64,000 nt of DNA from Eledone cirrhosa (GCA_964016885.1 OZ024742.1:91388001-91452000); one strand, 5' to 3'; counted from the first letter of the stretch, positions 13,345 to 28,059 are shown. The notes: generated by a model from the letters alone, not told the origin. Made by a program: numbers and translations.

Positions 13345-13654
13345 TATATAAACACATACATATACATACATATGTATGTATTTGTATATGTATATATATT
13401 TACATATATAAGTGCATGTATATATATATATGAAATTAGAATTTTATTTCTCGCCCTAGCACAGCTGATACACAAATGTAAGTGTGCATACGTACTCACA
13501 CACACACATACATGTACGTATGGGTTAAAATCGAACATTAATAATAATATTCGATTCGTTTGTAAAACAACGGCCCGATTAAAGTTGTGCCATGCCAACG
13601 ACAAATCGTCATCCATTTGTACATCACTGGCATTGAGGAACAGTCAACATGTTT

Positions 13655-13742
<88 letters not shown>

Positions 13743-13745
<3 letters not shown>

Positions 13746-14745
13746 GTTGTTGGTGTATCTGGGAATGTACTACAGTGGATTAAGTGTTTCCTGACAAACA
13801 GAGCCCAACATGTTATAGTCGAAGGAGTACAATTAAGCTCATCTAAAATCAGTAGAGATGTTTCCCAAGACACTGTGTTGGGCCAATCGGCGAAAAAACC
13901 CAAAAAACAATATGCTGCTGAACAAGGATAAATTCGAAATAATTCACTTTTGAAAAGAGGATGCACTGAAATTCTCATATTCTCTTCCCTCAAGTGAAAC
14001 CCTTATGGCATCCAATAACATCAGAGACCTAGGAGTAATTGTTGATAACAACATAAGCTGGGCCACTATTATATACAGCAAAGGTTGAAATGGCGCACAC
14101 AATATGTTCGTGGATTCACAGAACGATCCAGTCGAGAGATTCCACACTATTATCCTTCTCTTCTCTACTTTTGCTCGACCCCTCCTTGATTTCCCCACAC
14201 GAAACAAAGTAGTATGAAAATTGAAGCACCCCAAATGTCAATCACAAAAAAGATAGACGGCAAAACAGAACTTGAGAATTGGGATTGACTAGAAAAGCTC
14301 AAACTCTATTCTTTCCAACGCAGCCGTGAATGCTACATTATTTGCATGACGAGGAAAATATTCCATCAGCATTGCCCGAATGATGTCGGCATCATCTTTA
14401 ATGAACAACTGAGACTTGGGTTCCGTAATATTCGCCCACAAAAAAATCAAACTCGTATCTCATAACATTACGGCACACTTATTTCACCTCAACTGGTCCC
14501 GCTCTCTTTAACATTACACTAAAATATTTTAAAACAGAAACAGACCCCATAAAATTCAAAATGTCTTTGGACAAATTCCTCCAAGAAATCCCGGATAAAC
14601 CTCCTACACCCGGATATATCTCCATAAACAATAACTCTCTACTTGAGTGGACCAAATCTTGATTTGAAAAACTTCGCGAGGTGGTGTTATTAAGTTAAGC
14701 GTGACCTGGGCCAACTGGCCGAAACCTATCAAAGTTTTCAAAGTA
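13743..14745 (+). mobile_element. CR1/L2-group LINE, 5'-truncated and internally deleted
   Basis: GVSGNVLQWIKCFLTNRAQHVIVEG...VSQDTVLG, IRDLGVIVDNNISW, LEKLKLYSFQRSRE, SLDKFLQEIPDKPPTPGY...NNSLLEW; multiple stops and frameshifts; YADD region missing. Confidence 0.85.
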
Positions 14746-14889
14746 AAATCATATATATATATATACATGCATTTGTATGTATGTATGTATGTATGTAATT
14801 ATGTATGTATGTATGTATGTATGTATGTATGTATGTATGTATGTATGTATGTATGTATGTATGTATGTATGTGTGTATGTATGTAACAT

Positions 14890-15312
14890 CTAACCCAGTA
14901 CAACCTATCGCATGGGCGGTTCTTCGGCGACTAAACCGGCAACCCCACCAAGTTTACTTGGTGAGGAGGGTGATTTTGAACACTCTGCAGGACAAAAAAC
15001 AAAACCTGACAAAGGGCGGATGAACTCATAAGAGTCAACGGCCATCCAAAAGTGTGTAAATATGTATATACACATGTACCGCGCGGTTAAACCACTGGGA
15101 ATGAAGGACCCTTAGCCTTTGTCAGGGCATTCTTCTAGGAGAAGGCAACTCAGGAAACTGGGATAACACCGATATAAAACCTGCGGCTCAGTAGTTACCG
15201 ATGATGTTGATCTTTTCTTCTTTTCGGGTTATAGCTACTGTCGTTCAGACTGTGGGATTGGCTCAGTGCACAGTCTTTCCTCACTTTAAAAAATATCTCA
15301 CGCACAGGCATT
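14890..15312 (+). mobile_element. RTE-like 5' leader fragment
   Basis: Homologous to 40462-41071, 25420-25848 and 52256-52400; follows (TATG)n. Confidence 0.65.
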
Positions 15313-15747
15313 TATATATATATATATAAATGGCCGATAACTCTGATTTTTACGAAACGTTGAGGGGATAAAGTTAACATTAAAGCGATGTGCTCAGGCG
15401 CAGATTTGTAATAAAATAGCTTATAAAATAGAGCGAAGACTCTCAAAACTCAATCACAGAAAAGGAAGTTGACATCGAACCCTGGGCCTCCCGATTAGGA
15501 ACAAGGAACATTGTAAACATCTCTCGTTCCCTATGTATCTATTGATCTATTTATCCATCTACCTCCTTGCCTATGCATCTATTTTTTCGAAGTGTATGTT
15601 TGCTATAATGCTATACATACACTAAGACATACATATATCATTTAATGTACTAATTAGCTTCCGAAAACCTCTTTCACTTCATTTCCTTGCCTCTGTTTAA
15701 ATATGTATATATATATATTTATATATATGCATACATACTTGCAGCAG

Positions 15748-15843
<96 letters not shown>

Positions 15844-16074
15844 ATTTGTATGTATATGTGTTTTGGCGCTTAAATGAGAGATGGTGCTTAAGCGCTCGAT
15901 AGGTCACGGAGAACACCCTCAAATACTTTGCACATCAAATAAAGGTAAATACACACTCACACACACCACATATATAAATGCATGCATGTATACATACAGA
16001 CATACATACACACATACTTATACACACACACACATACATACGATATACATTTTATATACATACATATATGCATA

Positions 16075-16206
<132 letters not shown>

Positions 16207-16477
16207 ATAAAACGAAGTTTTATTTGTTGTGGCAAAAATGACGAACACGAGAAATACCAACAAGAAAGAAAAAAAAAGGCAAAGTTAACTCAGCGGGATT
16301 TGAACATATAATGTTTGATCATAGTGTTCACAAATGAATAAAGCATCTTCATGTATATTCTGACAAGGATGTTCGTACATAAAGGTAGGATAGCACACAT
16401 ACACCCATTCTCTCTCTCTCTCTCTCTCGCTCTCTCTCGCTCTCTCTCTCTCTCTCAATATATATATATATATATAA

Positions 16478-16964
16478 ATATATAAAGTTGTAGTTTCTGT
16501 TTGTTTGTTTGTTTGTTCACGAACTCCTCCTATGGTTTTGGAGATAGACCCCCATAACCATATATATTCTGAAACTACATTGCCCAGGGTACTTGTATAA
16601 GTATATTTCATTTTAATCAAAAGGTTCCCAGGGGCACAAGCCCTCGCTGAAAATTTTTTTCGTTCGATTTATATTAAATTTAAACCATATGTAAATGGCA
16701 AGATATGATGCCTATTCACAAAAGTTTTGACTTGATATTTTGAAAAATATTATTTACAAGAAACAAAATAAGAATACGATTTAATAATGTAATTTTGATT
16801 TGATATGTTACAAAAAATAATGTTTTCCAATTTTTCATGAATTACATTTTACATTGAGTAATATTGAAATGCAGAATTTTTCTCCATAAATTTAAAATTA
16901 ATCATCATTTTCTTACAAAAAAAAAAAATGTGTGAAACGCAGCAGGGCGCGGGTAATTCGGCTA

Positions 16965-16965
<1 letters not shown>
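16478..16965 (+). mobile_element. Non-autonomous Helitron-like element
   Basis: 5' tatataaagttg..(gttt)n..aactcctcc and a 3' GC-rich segment ending cgggtaattcggCTAG-t. Confidence 0.6.
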
Positions 16966-17034
<69 letters not shown>

Positions 17035-17099
17035 TTACAGGAGGCAGGATTGTTGAAATTCCTTTAAAGTTCTATCTAGTGGTGAACCACGAACCTATA

Positions 17100-17132
<33 letters not shown>

Positions 17133-17502
17133 GTGTAAATGAAAATAGAAGTGTCGGCTCTGTAGTCTAATTCAAGCTTTTGTAAAGGGAGTGTGCGATT
17201 TGATGATACGAGATGCGCCACCAAATATGGTACGTAGGTTCCAAGGAATATTCCACATTGTAATATGATATAATCAGGAAGACGGAGTATACGTACAATA
17301 ATGATATAGTTAGATGTAAAATGTTTGTAATTCATTTACTTCCGTAATCCGCTGTAAAAAAAATTACGTAATGCAACCATCATGCAATTACCAACACGAC
17401 CTCGTCAGACAGCATCGTTTTATCATTATACATACATACATATGTATATATATATATTTGCATACACATAGATACATGGATATATATGTATGTATGATGA
17501 TG

Positions 17503-18062
17503 TAGGATTTCGCTTCAAGCATAGCTTTGTACAATATGTATAAATATTTCGTATCTCCAAAGAAATACGGTTTTAGGAAGCCTTAGCTATTCAAACACCG
17601 GGGGGAGGAGGCTAACGCCCTCTGGTGATGTCCAGCAGAAGCAAGGGGGACAACCGTACTGAAATGCATAGACGGTTGTCCCCCTTGCTTCTGCTGGACA
17701 TCAACAGAGGGCGTTAACCACCTGGTGTTTGCATAGCTATGGCTTCGTAAAACCGTATTTTTTTGGAGATACGAAATATTTATACATATTGTATAAAGCT
17801 ATGCTTCAAGCGAAATCCTATTTCTTTTCTATTATAAGTTGAGCCAACTTATGCACCTTCATATGCTAATGTGATTAATCACCTCATTTACACAGACGAG
17901 AAAACTATATATTCTCGCCTGTCTTCTAGTCCAGCAGTCGCAAGCGGTGAGAGGGACCGTCCTGACGATGGCCAGTTAAGCCTGAAATGCATAGACGGTT
18001 GTTCCCCTTGCTTCTGCTGGACATCACCAGAGGGCGTTAGCACCCAGGTGTTTGCATAGCTA
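17503..18062 (+). mobile_element. Hammerhead-bearing retrozyme/Penelope-like element, family 1: fold-back plus partial tandem with 323-nt monomer
   Basis: Inverted arms 17503-17657 / 17672-17820; the segment ctgaaatgcatagacggttg...gcatagcta is repeated directly at a 323-nt interval. Confidence 0.8.
17956..17999 (+). ncRNA. Type I minimal hammerhead ribozyme
   Basis: accgtc CTGACGA t ggc-cagttaa-gcc t GAAA tgca TA gacggt: 6-bp stem I, palindromic stem III (ATGCAT), predicted cleavage after 17993. Confidence 0.85.
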
Positions 18063-18116
18063 CACACACACACACACACACACATACATATATATATATA
18101 TGCATATATATATATT

Positions 18117-18172
18117 TAATATAGAAAAGGCTTCTACAGGACTAGAACTGTTTCATTCGTAAGAAATCATCA
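18117..18172 (-). ncRNA. 5'-truncated hammerhead, family 5
   Basis: Minus strand: TGATGA t ttc-ttac-gaa t GAAA cag-ttctagtc-ctg TA gaagc; C3 and the 5' strand of stem I are lost at the microsatellite junction. Confidence 0.65.
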
Positions 18173-18208
18173 TACATACATACATATATATCAATGTATC
18201 TATGTGTA

Positions 18209-18880
<672 letters not shown>

Positions 18881-18896
18881 ATATATATATATATAT

Positions 18897-19163
18897 AACG
18901 AAGGAAATGTGGTAAGGAACCAGATGGAACAATACGCACCAAAGTACTCAATACTTAGGGTAGTAGAGTGGGTAATAGGAACAAGTAGGACCCCGACGGC
19001 TGAGCTGAAGCCGTTTCGACGGCTAATTCTGGACTAAATGAATTTTTTTACCCTGGTCAGTGAATAGCCGAATTTCTCAGGGGGTAATTCCATATATGGT
19101 AAAAGTGATTGTCACAAGGATTGGTCAAAAGTTTGTTGTCAAGACACACGATTCTATCATGGC

Positions 19164-19166
<3 letters not shown>
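18897..19166 (-). mobile_element. Family 4 element with long-stem-II hammerhead-like motif (18990-19085)
   Basis: Minus strand: acccc CTGAGA aatt cggcta...tagccg tc GAAA cggct-tcagctc-agccg TC ggggt; the 5' core is one nucleotide short of CUGANGA. Confidence 0.65.
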
Positions 19167-19221
<55 letters not shown>

Positions 19222-19226
19222 TATAT

Positions 19227-19423
19227 ATAGGAAAATGTTTAACCCCGACGGCAGAGCTGAAACTGTTTCGACGGCTATTTCTGGACTCCAGAAATAGCCG
19301 TCGAAACGGCTGGAGCTCTGCCGTCGGGGTTAAACATTTTCCTATTACCCACTCTACTACCCTAAGTATTGAGTACTCTGGTGTGTTACGGTCCATCTGG
19401 TTCCTTACCACACTTCCTTCGTT
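19227..19423 (+). mobile_element. Family 4 element, 5'-truncated with 119-bp palindromic fold-back
   Basis: Palindrome 19227-19345 centred on 19286; retains the GAAAcggc...gccgTCggggt 3' half; flanked by (TA)n. Confidence 0.8.
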
Positions 19424-20092
19424 ATATATATATATCTGGTGGGGTGCAAGCGTGTGTATGTGTATATATGTATGTGTGTGTGTACTCGACATATTTGTTT
19501 AGCGTATTAATGTTTGCGAGAAAGCATTGAAAATGAATGGAAAATGTAAACAGTAGTTTGTCTCTGAAAAGTGTAAGGTTTTAGTTTAACAAATTGTTTG
19601 AACAGAATTTATATGTAGATAAAGTTAGCGGCTGCGAAGTGGTACGTGGTATGTGAGTGTGTATTTGTCTGTGGATTGAAACCAATGTGTGCTTCCATGT
19701 TTGCATTTGTCAGATAACACTGTTTATAAATACTTTCGACTATGTAAGAAAGGACCTTTTATTTATTTATTTATTTTTTGTTCATTATAATTCTACTTGT
19801 TTACTCCCTAAACGTTTCTTTTACAAAAAGGAAAAACAAGGAGGAAGAAAACAAGATTTTGTAACATATAGACATAGTCACGTGTTTGTCCATTCATTTT
19901 TTTGTAAGGAAACGTCAGATTCTCTCTTATAATGTAAGTACAAATGTATTGAGTGGCAGGCGACCTTTCGTTAGGATATTTCTAACGAAAGACACTACCT
20001 GTGTGTTTCGATTAATTTTGAAAATGCTGTAGTAAAAAATATGGGGGAATTTACTAAAAAATTAAATTTTTCATCATTAGGTTAGTTTGTAA

Positions 20093-20300
20093 GGCGGTGG
20101 ATTGGCAGCAACGGTAGAGCGTCGGACAACATTCTTTCCAGCATAGAGTTACGGCTATGGCCCTTTACGTTCTGAGTCTAAATCCCTCGGAGGTTAGATT
20201 TGCCTTTCATCCTTACGGGATCGATAAAATAGAGCACCAGTAATGTACTGGGATCAATTTAATTGTTTCCCCACCCCACTGCCTAAATCAGAACACAATA
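20093..20300 (+). mobile_element. Family A SINE
   Basis: ggcggtggattggcag head and core; further copies at about 11857-11975 (+), 20575-20745 (-), 22210-22415 (-), 41632-41870 (-), 45661-45849 (-), 50375-50565 (+), 51010-51348 (-) and 54590-54785 (+). Confidence 0.8.
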
Positions 20301-22679
20301 TTAGGTTAGTTTGTGGAACACAATTTAACAAAAGTTTATAGATAAAATTATAATGGAAGCTTTTAATATAAATGTGAACAATGAGAATATCTTTAAAATA
20401 CTTTGAATTTTATCCAAAATTTATTTTCGTTTGAGTTTTCAAATTAAATTTAGAACACACCTGATTCCACGCCGGATTCTACGATACAAATCAGTTTAGT
20501 TGTTTATATTTATCTAAAAACCTTACATCTTAATTTTATGTAAGAACCCTTGTTATGTTCCAAACACCAGCTTAATAATTTTGGAACAAGGTCAGTAATT
20601 TGTAGTGAGGTGAAAGTCGATTATTTGCCCGGTACTTTATTTTATCGACCACGCCTCGGCGGGAATTGAATCCAGAACGCAAAAGTTCATAACTAAATGC
20701 CGCAAAGTATTTTGTCCGATGCTCTAACAATTCTACCAATACACTGGAGAAAGTAAGATATTACTAAATCCTTCCTGATTCTTGATTATTTTCAAAATTA
20801 TTCAAAAATCATAGGCAATATTTTTCATTAGAAATGTGGTAGTGGAATATTTAAATAAGTAGGGATAATGTAATCATATTTTAAAAAAATTACCATTTCT
20901 AAAATAAGATCGCTTGTTGATTGCGATGCCGCGTAACACACACCTCCCCTCCCCCCCCCATACATTGACACTTCCCCAAAATGCCATGCAGCAGGATCGA
21001 ACCAGGTAATTTATTATTATGAAGCAACCTTCTTCACCATGTAGCTAAGGGGCGTCAACAAAATGATGTTATACTTAGAACATAAGTTACTATTTTTAGT
21101 ACATTCTCGAGACTGTAATTCTGCTGTACTGTAAATACTTTACACCGTTTCTGTCAATGACAACAATTGTATAACAATTTAGATTACATTTAAACAATTT
21201 CACCACCAGTAGACATATGCTGTCAATAATAACGGCAATAGCGTTGAATGTATTTGGTTTCTGGACACCTAGATTAAGTTGATTACCGGTACGTAGAAGT
21301 GATTAACAATGAAAATGATATTCTAATAGATTATTTCTAAAATAAAATTACATGAACTCTCGTGTTGGCTCCACCCAATTATCTTCAGCTCTGTCTCTCA
21401 GATTTTGTGTCAGGTAAACCTCTGTGGCACGAATTCTAATGAGGGTAGAATCAACTTTTTTATTTTATTTTCTCCACTACGTAGTCAAAGAGTGGAGGAA
21501 TATGACTAACAATTATAAATTATGTGTACATTAGGTCTTTTTGCGAGATATCCCGTAAAAATATCACGAAGGCGTGAATTCTGGTGTTATCTTTTTTTAA
21601 AGTTTTCACTCCATAGTCAAGGAGAGCACCAAATATTTCTAAGAGCTATTACGTAAAAACATATTTGCTTTAGCGAGTCACCACTTCTACTGGAAAAGGC
21701 GCTAGTCATCCCTAAATATATCTTTTTTAATGTGGACATAAATTCATCACGACAATTGCAAAGCGTACTTTATTGTATATAGTTAAGCTTAGTAAATTTG
21801 ACTATTTAAAGATACTGTGTTTGTCTGGGAAAAGAATGGATTGCAGAGGACTGGAAGATGACTAAATATCAGGCATTGACTGATTGATTCTTTTGTGTCG
21901 GTCACCATTGTGAATTCTGCTCTCTTCAGTGCCCGGACAGATGTTTTCCTCCCCTAAATTGAGAAAAGAGCATCGTGATTCAGGAGGGATCCCCACCTCT
22001 TCAATTGTCCTTTAGTATCTAACTAATTTTAACTCTTTCAAAGTCATGTTTCTATAGAAAGACTGCTTATAATTTTAAAATAATGTTTTTAAATAATCAA
22101 GTAATTGTAGGGATTTCGTTAGATAGCTAACTTTCTCATTATTAAATTAGGTTTGAATCGAAACTTTAAAATTCATGCAAAAAATGATGAAGGAAGGTTT
22201 TTGATAAATATGGTTTCTGATTTAGGCACAAGACCAACAATTGTGAAGGCAGAGGAAAGTCGATCCCAGTGCGTTACTGGTACTTTCTTTTATCGACATC
22301 GTAAGGATGAAAGGCAAAGCAAACCTCGACAGGATTTGAAATCAGGACTTAAAGGGATGTAAATCTATGCCTAGAAGCATGTTCGATGCTCTATCGATTC
22401 TGCCAATCAACCGCTTTTAGATTTAAAAAAAAAAATTAATATAAACATTAAAACAAACAGCTTTTACCGCAGAAGCAGAGCAATTCTAAGCGCTTTGGTA
22501 TTAAGAGGATTAATCAAGTGTCAAATGATCCCAGATGTTATATAACTAATACTATGTTAACCAATAACCTTCTTTAACTTAGAGAGAAGGGTGAAATGTA
22601 GAGGTGATCTGGTTGAACTTTCTAGCTGAGCGATAGTGTAGAAGCTCTTTCGTGAGTTCTCGATGAAACGTGTTAAATA

Positions 22680-22738
<59 letters not shown>

Positions 22739-22961
22739 CTAGTGGTGGTGGTGATGGTGGTGGTGGTGGTGGCCGCAGCAGCAGCAGTAGTAGTAGTAGT
22801 AGTAGTAGTAGTAAGTTTTAATGAAACTATTTATAAGTTTCCTTAAACAACTCAAGTAAATTGAATGAATGTCACCCCCCTGGATATCAGTAAATAACGA
22901 AGCAGGTTCAACGGCTCGAAATATCACGGTTGTCAAATACACTCGCACGCACTCACACACG

Positions 22962-23008
<47 letters not shown>

Positions 23009-23177
23009 GTATACACATACACGCTGACACACTCACAGAGAAACCCGTACGGTCACGTGGCCGAGTGTTGTGCTGGAGTGAGTAATCGACTTGGAATACT
23101 CAAAATCTCCTAGATCACTTTACTTACCACTATGGCAAACACACACACAGACACACAGACACACGCACACACACACG

Positions 23178-23224
<47 letters not shown>

Positions 23225-23342
23225 CCACACACACACACACACACATACACACACACACACACACACACAAACACACATACATACTCACACATACACACAC
23301 ACATACACACACACACACATATATATATATACACACAAATGC

Positions 23343-23421
<79 letters not shown>

Positions 23422-23902
23422 AATGCATATACATATATACAACCACATGAACACATTCATGAACTCACACACAGACACAAGCTCTCATGCACAGACGAAC
23501 TCATACACATATACACGCATGCACTCATGCACTCACATATGCATACAAATATAAACGCACACACGCGCAAATACAAATACTTACACACACGTGCAAACAC
23601 AGGGCTGACACTCACAGACACACATCTCCCACCCTCACATAAACACTCGTATATATATATCTAACCTGTCAAAATGCCATACAGGTCCCCTTTTTTCTAC
23701 ACCAGCCCCTGTCGGTATACATAAAGTAATTAAAGCTCTCCTGATCGATCTGGAAAGTTGATTGGTTTGTTGGTAAGTGCCACGTGCGTGCGTGTGTATG
23801 TGTGTGTGTGTGTGTATGTATGTTTGAATGTATATATAATATATATATATATAAAATGAACACGCACGCACGCACACACACATACATGTATATATGCATG
23901 TG

Positions 23903-23954
<52 letters not shown>

Positions 23955-23958
<4 letters not shown>

Positions 23959-24180
23959 GTAAACAGAAATAACAACACATTCGGTACAGTATATGGAACG
24001 AATATATTAGGTTAACGCTTGAAATAGCAGCAAGAGGGTCTTAACGTTTCGGACGCTAGTCCTTCATCAAAAGAAATAATGAGAAATAAGATAGATTGAA
24101 GGGACGGGCGGGGTGGAATTGGAAAAAAATGTCTTTAGATAAAAATAACAGGTCCATTTATGTTGAGATCTCTTGGAAAT
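23955..24180 (-). mobile_element. 3' end of a Penelope-like element (Neptune-like ORF terminus plus pLTR)
   Basis: Minus strand reads FPRDLNINGPVIFI* (compare the PxGLN ending of Neptune GIY-YIG domains), then a pyrimidine-rich spacer and a minimal hammerhead; bounded by (TG)n tracts. Confidence 0.55.
24039..24074 (-). ncRNA. Minimal PLE-type hammerhead (C3U variant)
   Basis: tctt TTGATGA a ggac-tagc-gtcc GAAA cg TT aaga; palindromic ACGT stem III. Confidence 0.7.
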
Positions 24181-24611
24181 GTGTGTGTGTGTGTGTGTGT
24201 GTGTGCGTCCAGGCATGTGGCTTAGTGGCGAGAACGTTGTATTCACAATCATGAGGTTGTGAGTTCGATTCCCAGACCGGGCAATATATTGTGTCCTTGA
24301 GTAGGACAGTTTATTTCCCGTTACTCCAGTTCACTCAACTATGATATCACATCACTGATGCCAAGTTGTATCGGCTTTTGCCTTTCCATTCTACAACATG
24401 GTCTTTTAGTATTCATGATACTGCTGGTGTAAGAAATATTATTGGCTGAAATAAATAGCTATATATCTCCTTTTTGAATTCGTTACTAACGGCGATCAAT
24501 TTGGAAATTTCGGTCCTAACAGTCTCGAAGCCTCATGGATAATGCAACGATTAGACATTTCCACAAAGTACGATCGAAACTCTTGATAGTCGGGACTGGG
24601 AGAATTTTTGG

Positions 24612-24843
24612 TAACATTTATCTATTCTTTTCTTCAAACTTACATTTTAGACTTATATCCGTTAATTTCTACGGAATAAGAGGAAAGATTAGGTAAATTT
24701 CATCTGACTGTTTCTCATAAAGGAATATCGATAACATTTATCTGTTATTTCTTCAAAGTTACATTTTAAACTTATTTATCTAGTTAATTTCTACGGACTA
24801 AGAAGAAAAAAATTGGATAAATTTTGTCTGACTATTCCTCATA
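24612..24843. repeat. Diverged direct tandem duplication (~120-bp period)
   Basis: taacatttatct..cttcaaa.ttacatttta.actt...gttaatttctacgga.taaga...tctgact.tt.ctcata occurs twice. Confidence 0.75.
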
Positions 24844-25419
24844 CTTATATATATATATTTATTACATCAACAAATCTTGCTTCAGGATACCCGTGTTTCA
24901 TTGACTACGTCAAGTTGATTCAGTCCGGCTATTTTGAAACGATTGCATTCTTAATTTCTCTTTAATAGAAGAGCTCGAAATAAAGGGTTAATAAATAGGG
25001 ATTGGTGTGTAGTGATGAATGTATAATCGGAAGTTATTTCCTTTGGTATGTTTGTTTTGTGGAAAAAAAAGAAGAAAACAGATAAAGAGAGGTAAAAATC
25101 CATATTAACATCATATGAGACCCGGATAATAACACTGAAACAACATCTTCAACAGAAGAAAAATGTCAGCAGCATTCTCAGGTTTATGAGCATGAAAATA
25201 ATAATACTGTTAGGTTAGTCACTGATCTAAATAAAACATGATACAAATCTTACTTTGAGGAACATGGGAAGACTCTAACCAATACTCGAACAAAAGAAAA
25301 TGGCCCAATTCACTGATAAGTTTGTATATGGGTACTAGAGATGAAAATCACAGGCCATAGAGGTGACAAACCATACTAAATCTAATCTAATCTGGCCGAT
25401 ACTCTCGCAAAAGAGAAGA

Positions 25420-25848
25420 ACCAGTGCCGCCCCTAGGAGCATTGGATTTTGTGTACTTCATATTTGTTTCGGTTGCTAAATACAATCAAGGGTCGCTGCT
25501 TCTCCTGAAGGTCAATAGTTCTCTTCTAACTCGTGCAGGAGCGTCTTTCCATTGTCAATTTGCATTGATCATCTGCAAAGCCGCATTGTTCTCAGAACCA
25601 CTACACCAGTCTTTCGATGCGTGCAGTTGGAACTACTGCCACCCATTGATTTGGCAGGATTTTCTTTTTTAAATGGCTGTTGACTCTTATGAGTTCTTCC
25701 GCCCTTCATCAGGTTTTGTTTTTTGTCCTGCAAGGTGTCTAAAATCACCCTCCTCACCAAGTAAACTTGGTGGGGTTGCCGGTTTAGTCGCCGACGACCC
25801 GACCATGCGACAGGTTGTACTGGGTTACATACAAGAGTGACCTGACAA
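25420..25848 (-). mobile_element. RTE-like 5' leader fragment
   Basis: 25668-25848 is the reverse complement of the 14890 / 40462 leader; the lower boundary is approximate. Confidence 0.6.
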
Positions 25849-26656
25849 CCATGCTAAAAGCTTGAGATGGAGTTCCGACAAGTTCATAACATCCCGCCTT
25901 TAAAGATATCTCCATGCAACCCGAGAACAAGAAATTCCCATTAAGTACCTACTGCAAAAAAAAAAAAAAAAAAGGAAGATCATTAGTTGACAATGAATGT
26001 AGGCTACACAAAACAAAGATTGAAGATGTTAAACAAATATTGAATGTCTTCCCATTACTACCTTCATATGAAACATGATATCATAACTAGAACGGTCTGG
26101 AATGCATTATGGAAGTCGAAAATCATATGCATTATGGAAGTCGAAAATCAAATAAATAGGGAGGGATATGTTTAGACTGATAGTTCAAAGGGATATTAGT
26201 GGAATCTGAAAATAAATACTGTCATCAAATTAAAGCACAGTGTTGTTTGGAACCATATATTAAAAACATGCTCTGTTGTAGAAGTCAGTTGCTCACATGA
26301 TGTCAATGTGGTTAGAACAATGTATGGGAAGTGCGATATCTACGGACCATTGATGAGGAGTTTGTAGTTCCAGTATCAAAGATCATGTTCAGCTTCATAC
26401 CGTTATTTTGGGAGATAGTGTTCATATACGGATGCGAAACTCAACTTTGATTTGTGCACAAAAAACTTAATTCATAAGTTACAAATAGCCACGATATCAG
26501 AAACCTTCAACATTTTGCAACATTTTTACGATTCAAATGAAAGCTGACACAAGAGACGACAATAATTTCCTTTTCTTTACAGCATTGCCACCGGAAAGAT
26601 GGCCGGTCAAAAATGAACTCAAAATGATGAGAAAGATAGACCATACATGCATACAT

Positions 26657-27271
26657 GGTGGCTGCCAACTCGTTTTCGAGTACGGTCACTACTTTATATC
26701 CATGTAGAAGAACCCCTACCGATGCGCTAAACAAGTGTGACTTTTTAGTCCAGCCAGCGACTTGAAAACTCTGGTACAAACACTACACCTGTGACAATTA
26801 TTGACACCTAGTGCTGGGCCAATGACACCATGTGACGACAAGTGCAGAGAGATCTCCAGATATAAAGCAATGCATGTGCTGTGAAGCTTTTATAGTGAGC
26901 AAAGGCACTGCACAAAGCCAGTCCCACTCTCTTAACCAAGATGATATTTACCAAAAAGAAGAACAAGTCAACATCATTGGATATCATCAGAGTTGCAGGT
27001 GTTATATCAGAGTTTTCCTTCTCCTAGAATTCTGCCTTGACAAAGGCTAAGGGGTCATCTCTCCCGGTGATTTTGGATGGCCATTGACTCTTAAGAGCTC
27101 CTTTGCCCTTTGACCTTTGACATGTTTTGTTTTTAGTCCTGCAGGATGTCCAAAGTCACCCTCCTCACCAAGAAACCTTGGTGGGGTTGCCAGTTTAGTC
27201 GCCAACGACCCAACCATGAGACAGGTTGTACTGGGATACATGTTACCAGTAGCACCAACTGGTGACCTGAC
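26657..27271 (-). mobile_element. ~610-bp non-autonomous RTE derivative (copy 1)
   Basis: Highly similar inverted copy of 40462-41071; flanked by (CATA)n. Confidence 0.8.
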
Positions 27272-27570
27272 CATACATACATACATACATACATACATAC
27301 ATACATACATACATACATACATACATACATACATACACGAGTCTGTGTGTGTGTGCATATTTTTGTGTGTATGTGTATGTATACACCATACAAATGTTTG
27401 TATCTATATCTGTGCCTGCATGTAAACATGATCAATTCAAACCCATAGCAACATAAGGTGGCCGAATCGAAAAGTATTTGGGGACGCATTCGTTTCTCCA
27501 CCCAAATCGTCAACGAACTGGACTTAGAAAATAGCGTAAGAGAAAAAGGGGAGAAAAAGAAAGTGAAAGA

Positions 27571-27662
<92 letters not shown>

Positions 27663-28059
27663 TAAATATAAATATAAAAAGCTAAATTGAGGGAAATAAT
27701 AAAGGGGGGAAAAGGGAGCGAAGGAAAGAGAAAAAAGAGAAAGAGAAAAAGAGGAAGAGAAAAAGAAAGAGATAAAGAGAATGTAGTAAATAGAAAACTA
27801 GAGAGACATTTAGATATCGCTCTCAATCTTTCTCTGTATCTCTTTCATGTTTCTTTGTTTCCACCTTAATTATCTCACCCTACATACGTTAGTGTGTCTA
27901 TGTATGTGTATATATACCAATGTGTGTGTATATGCCGTTGTCTCTGATTGTGTCTCTCTCTGTCTCACTGTCCCCCTATTTCATATGTCCAATCTATTGA
28001 TGTCAGTCACTTAACACGAATAAAGCAAAAACCTCACGCATATAACGTATATAGATATA

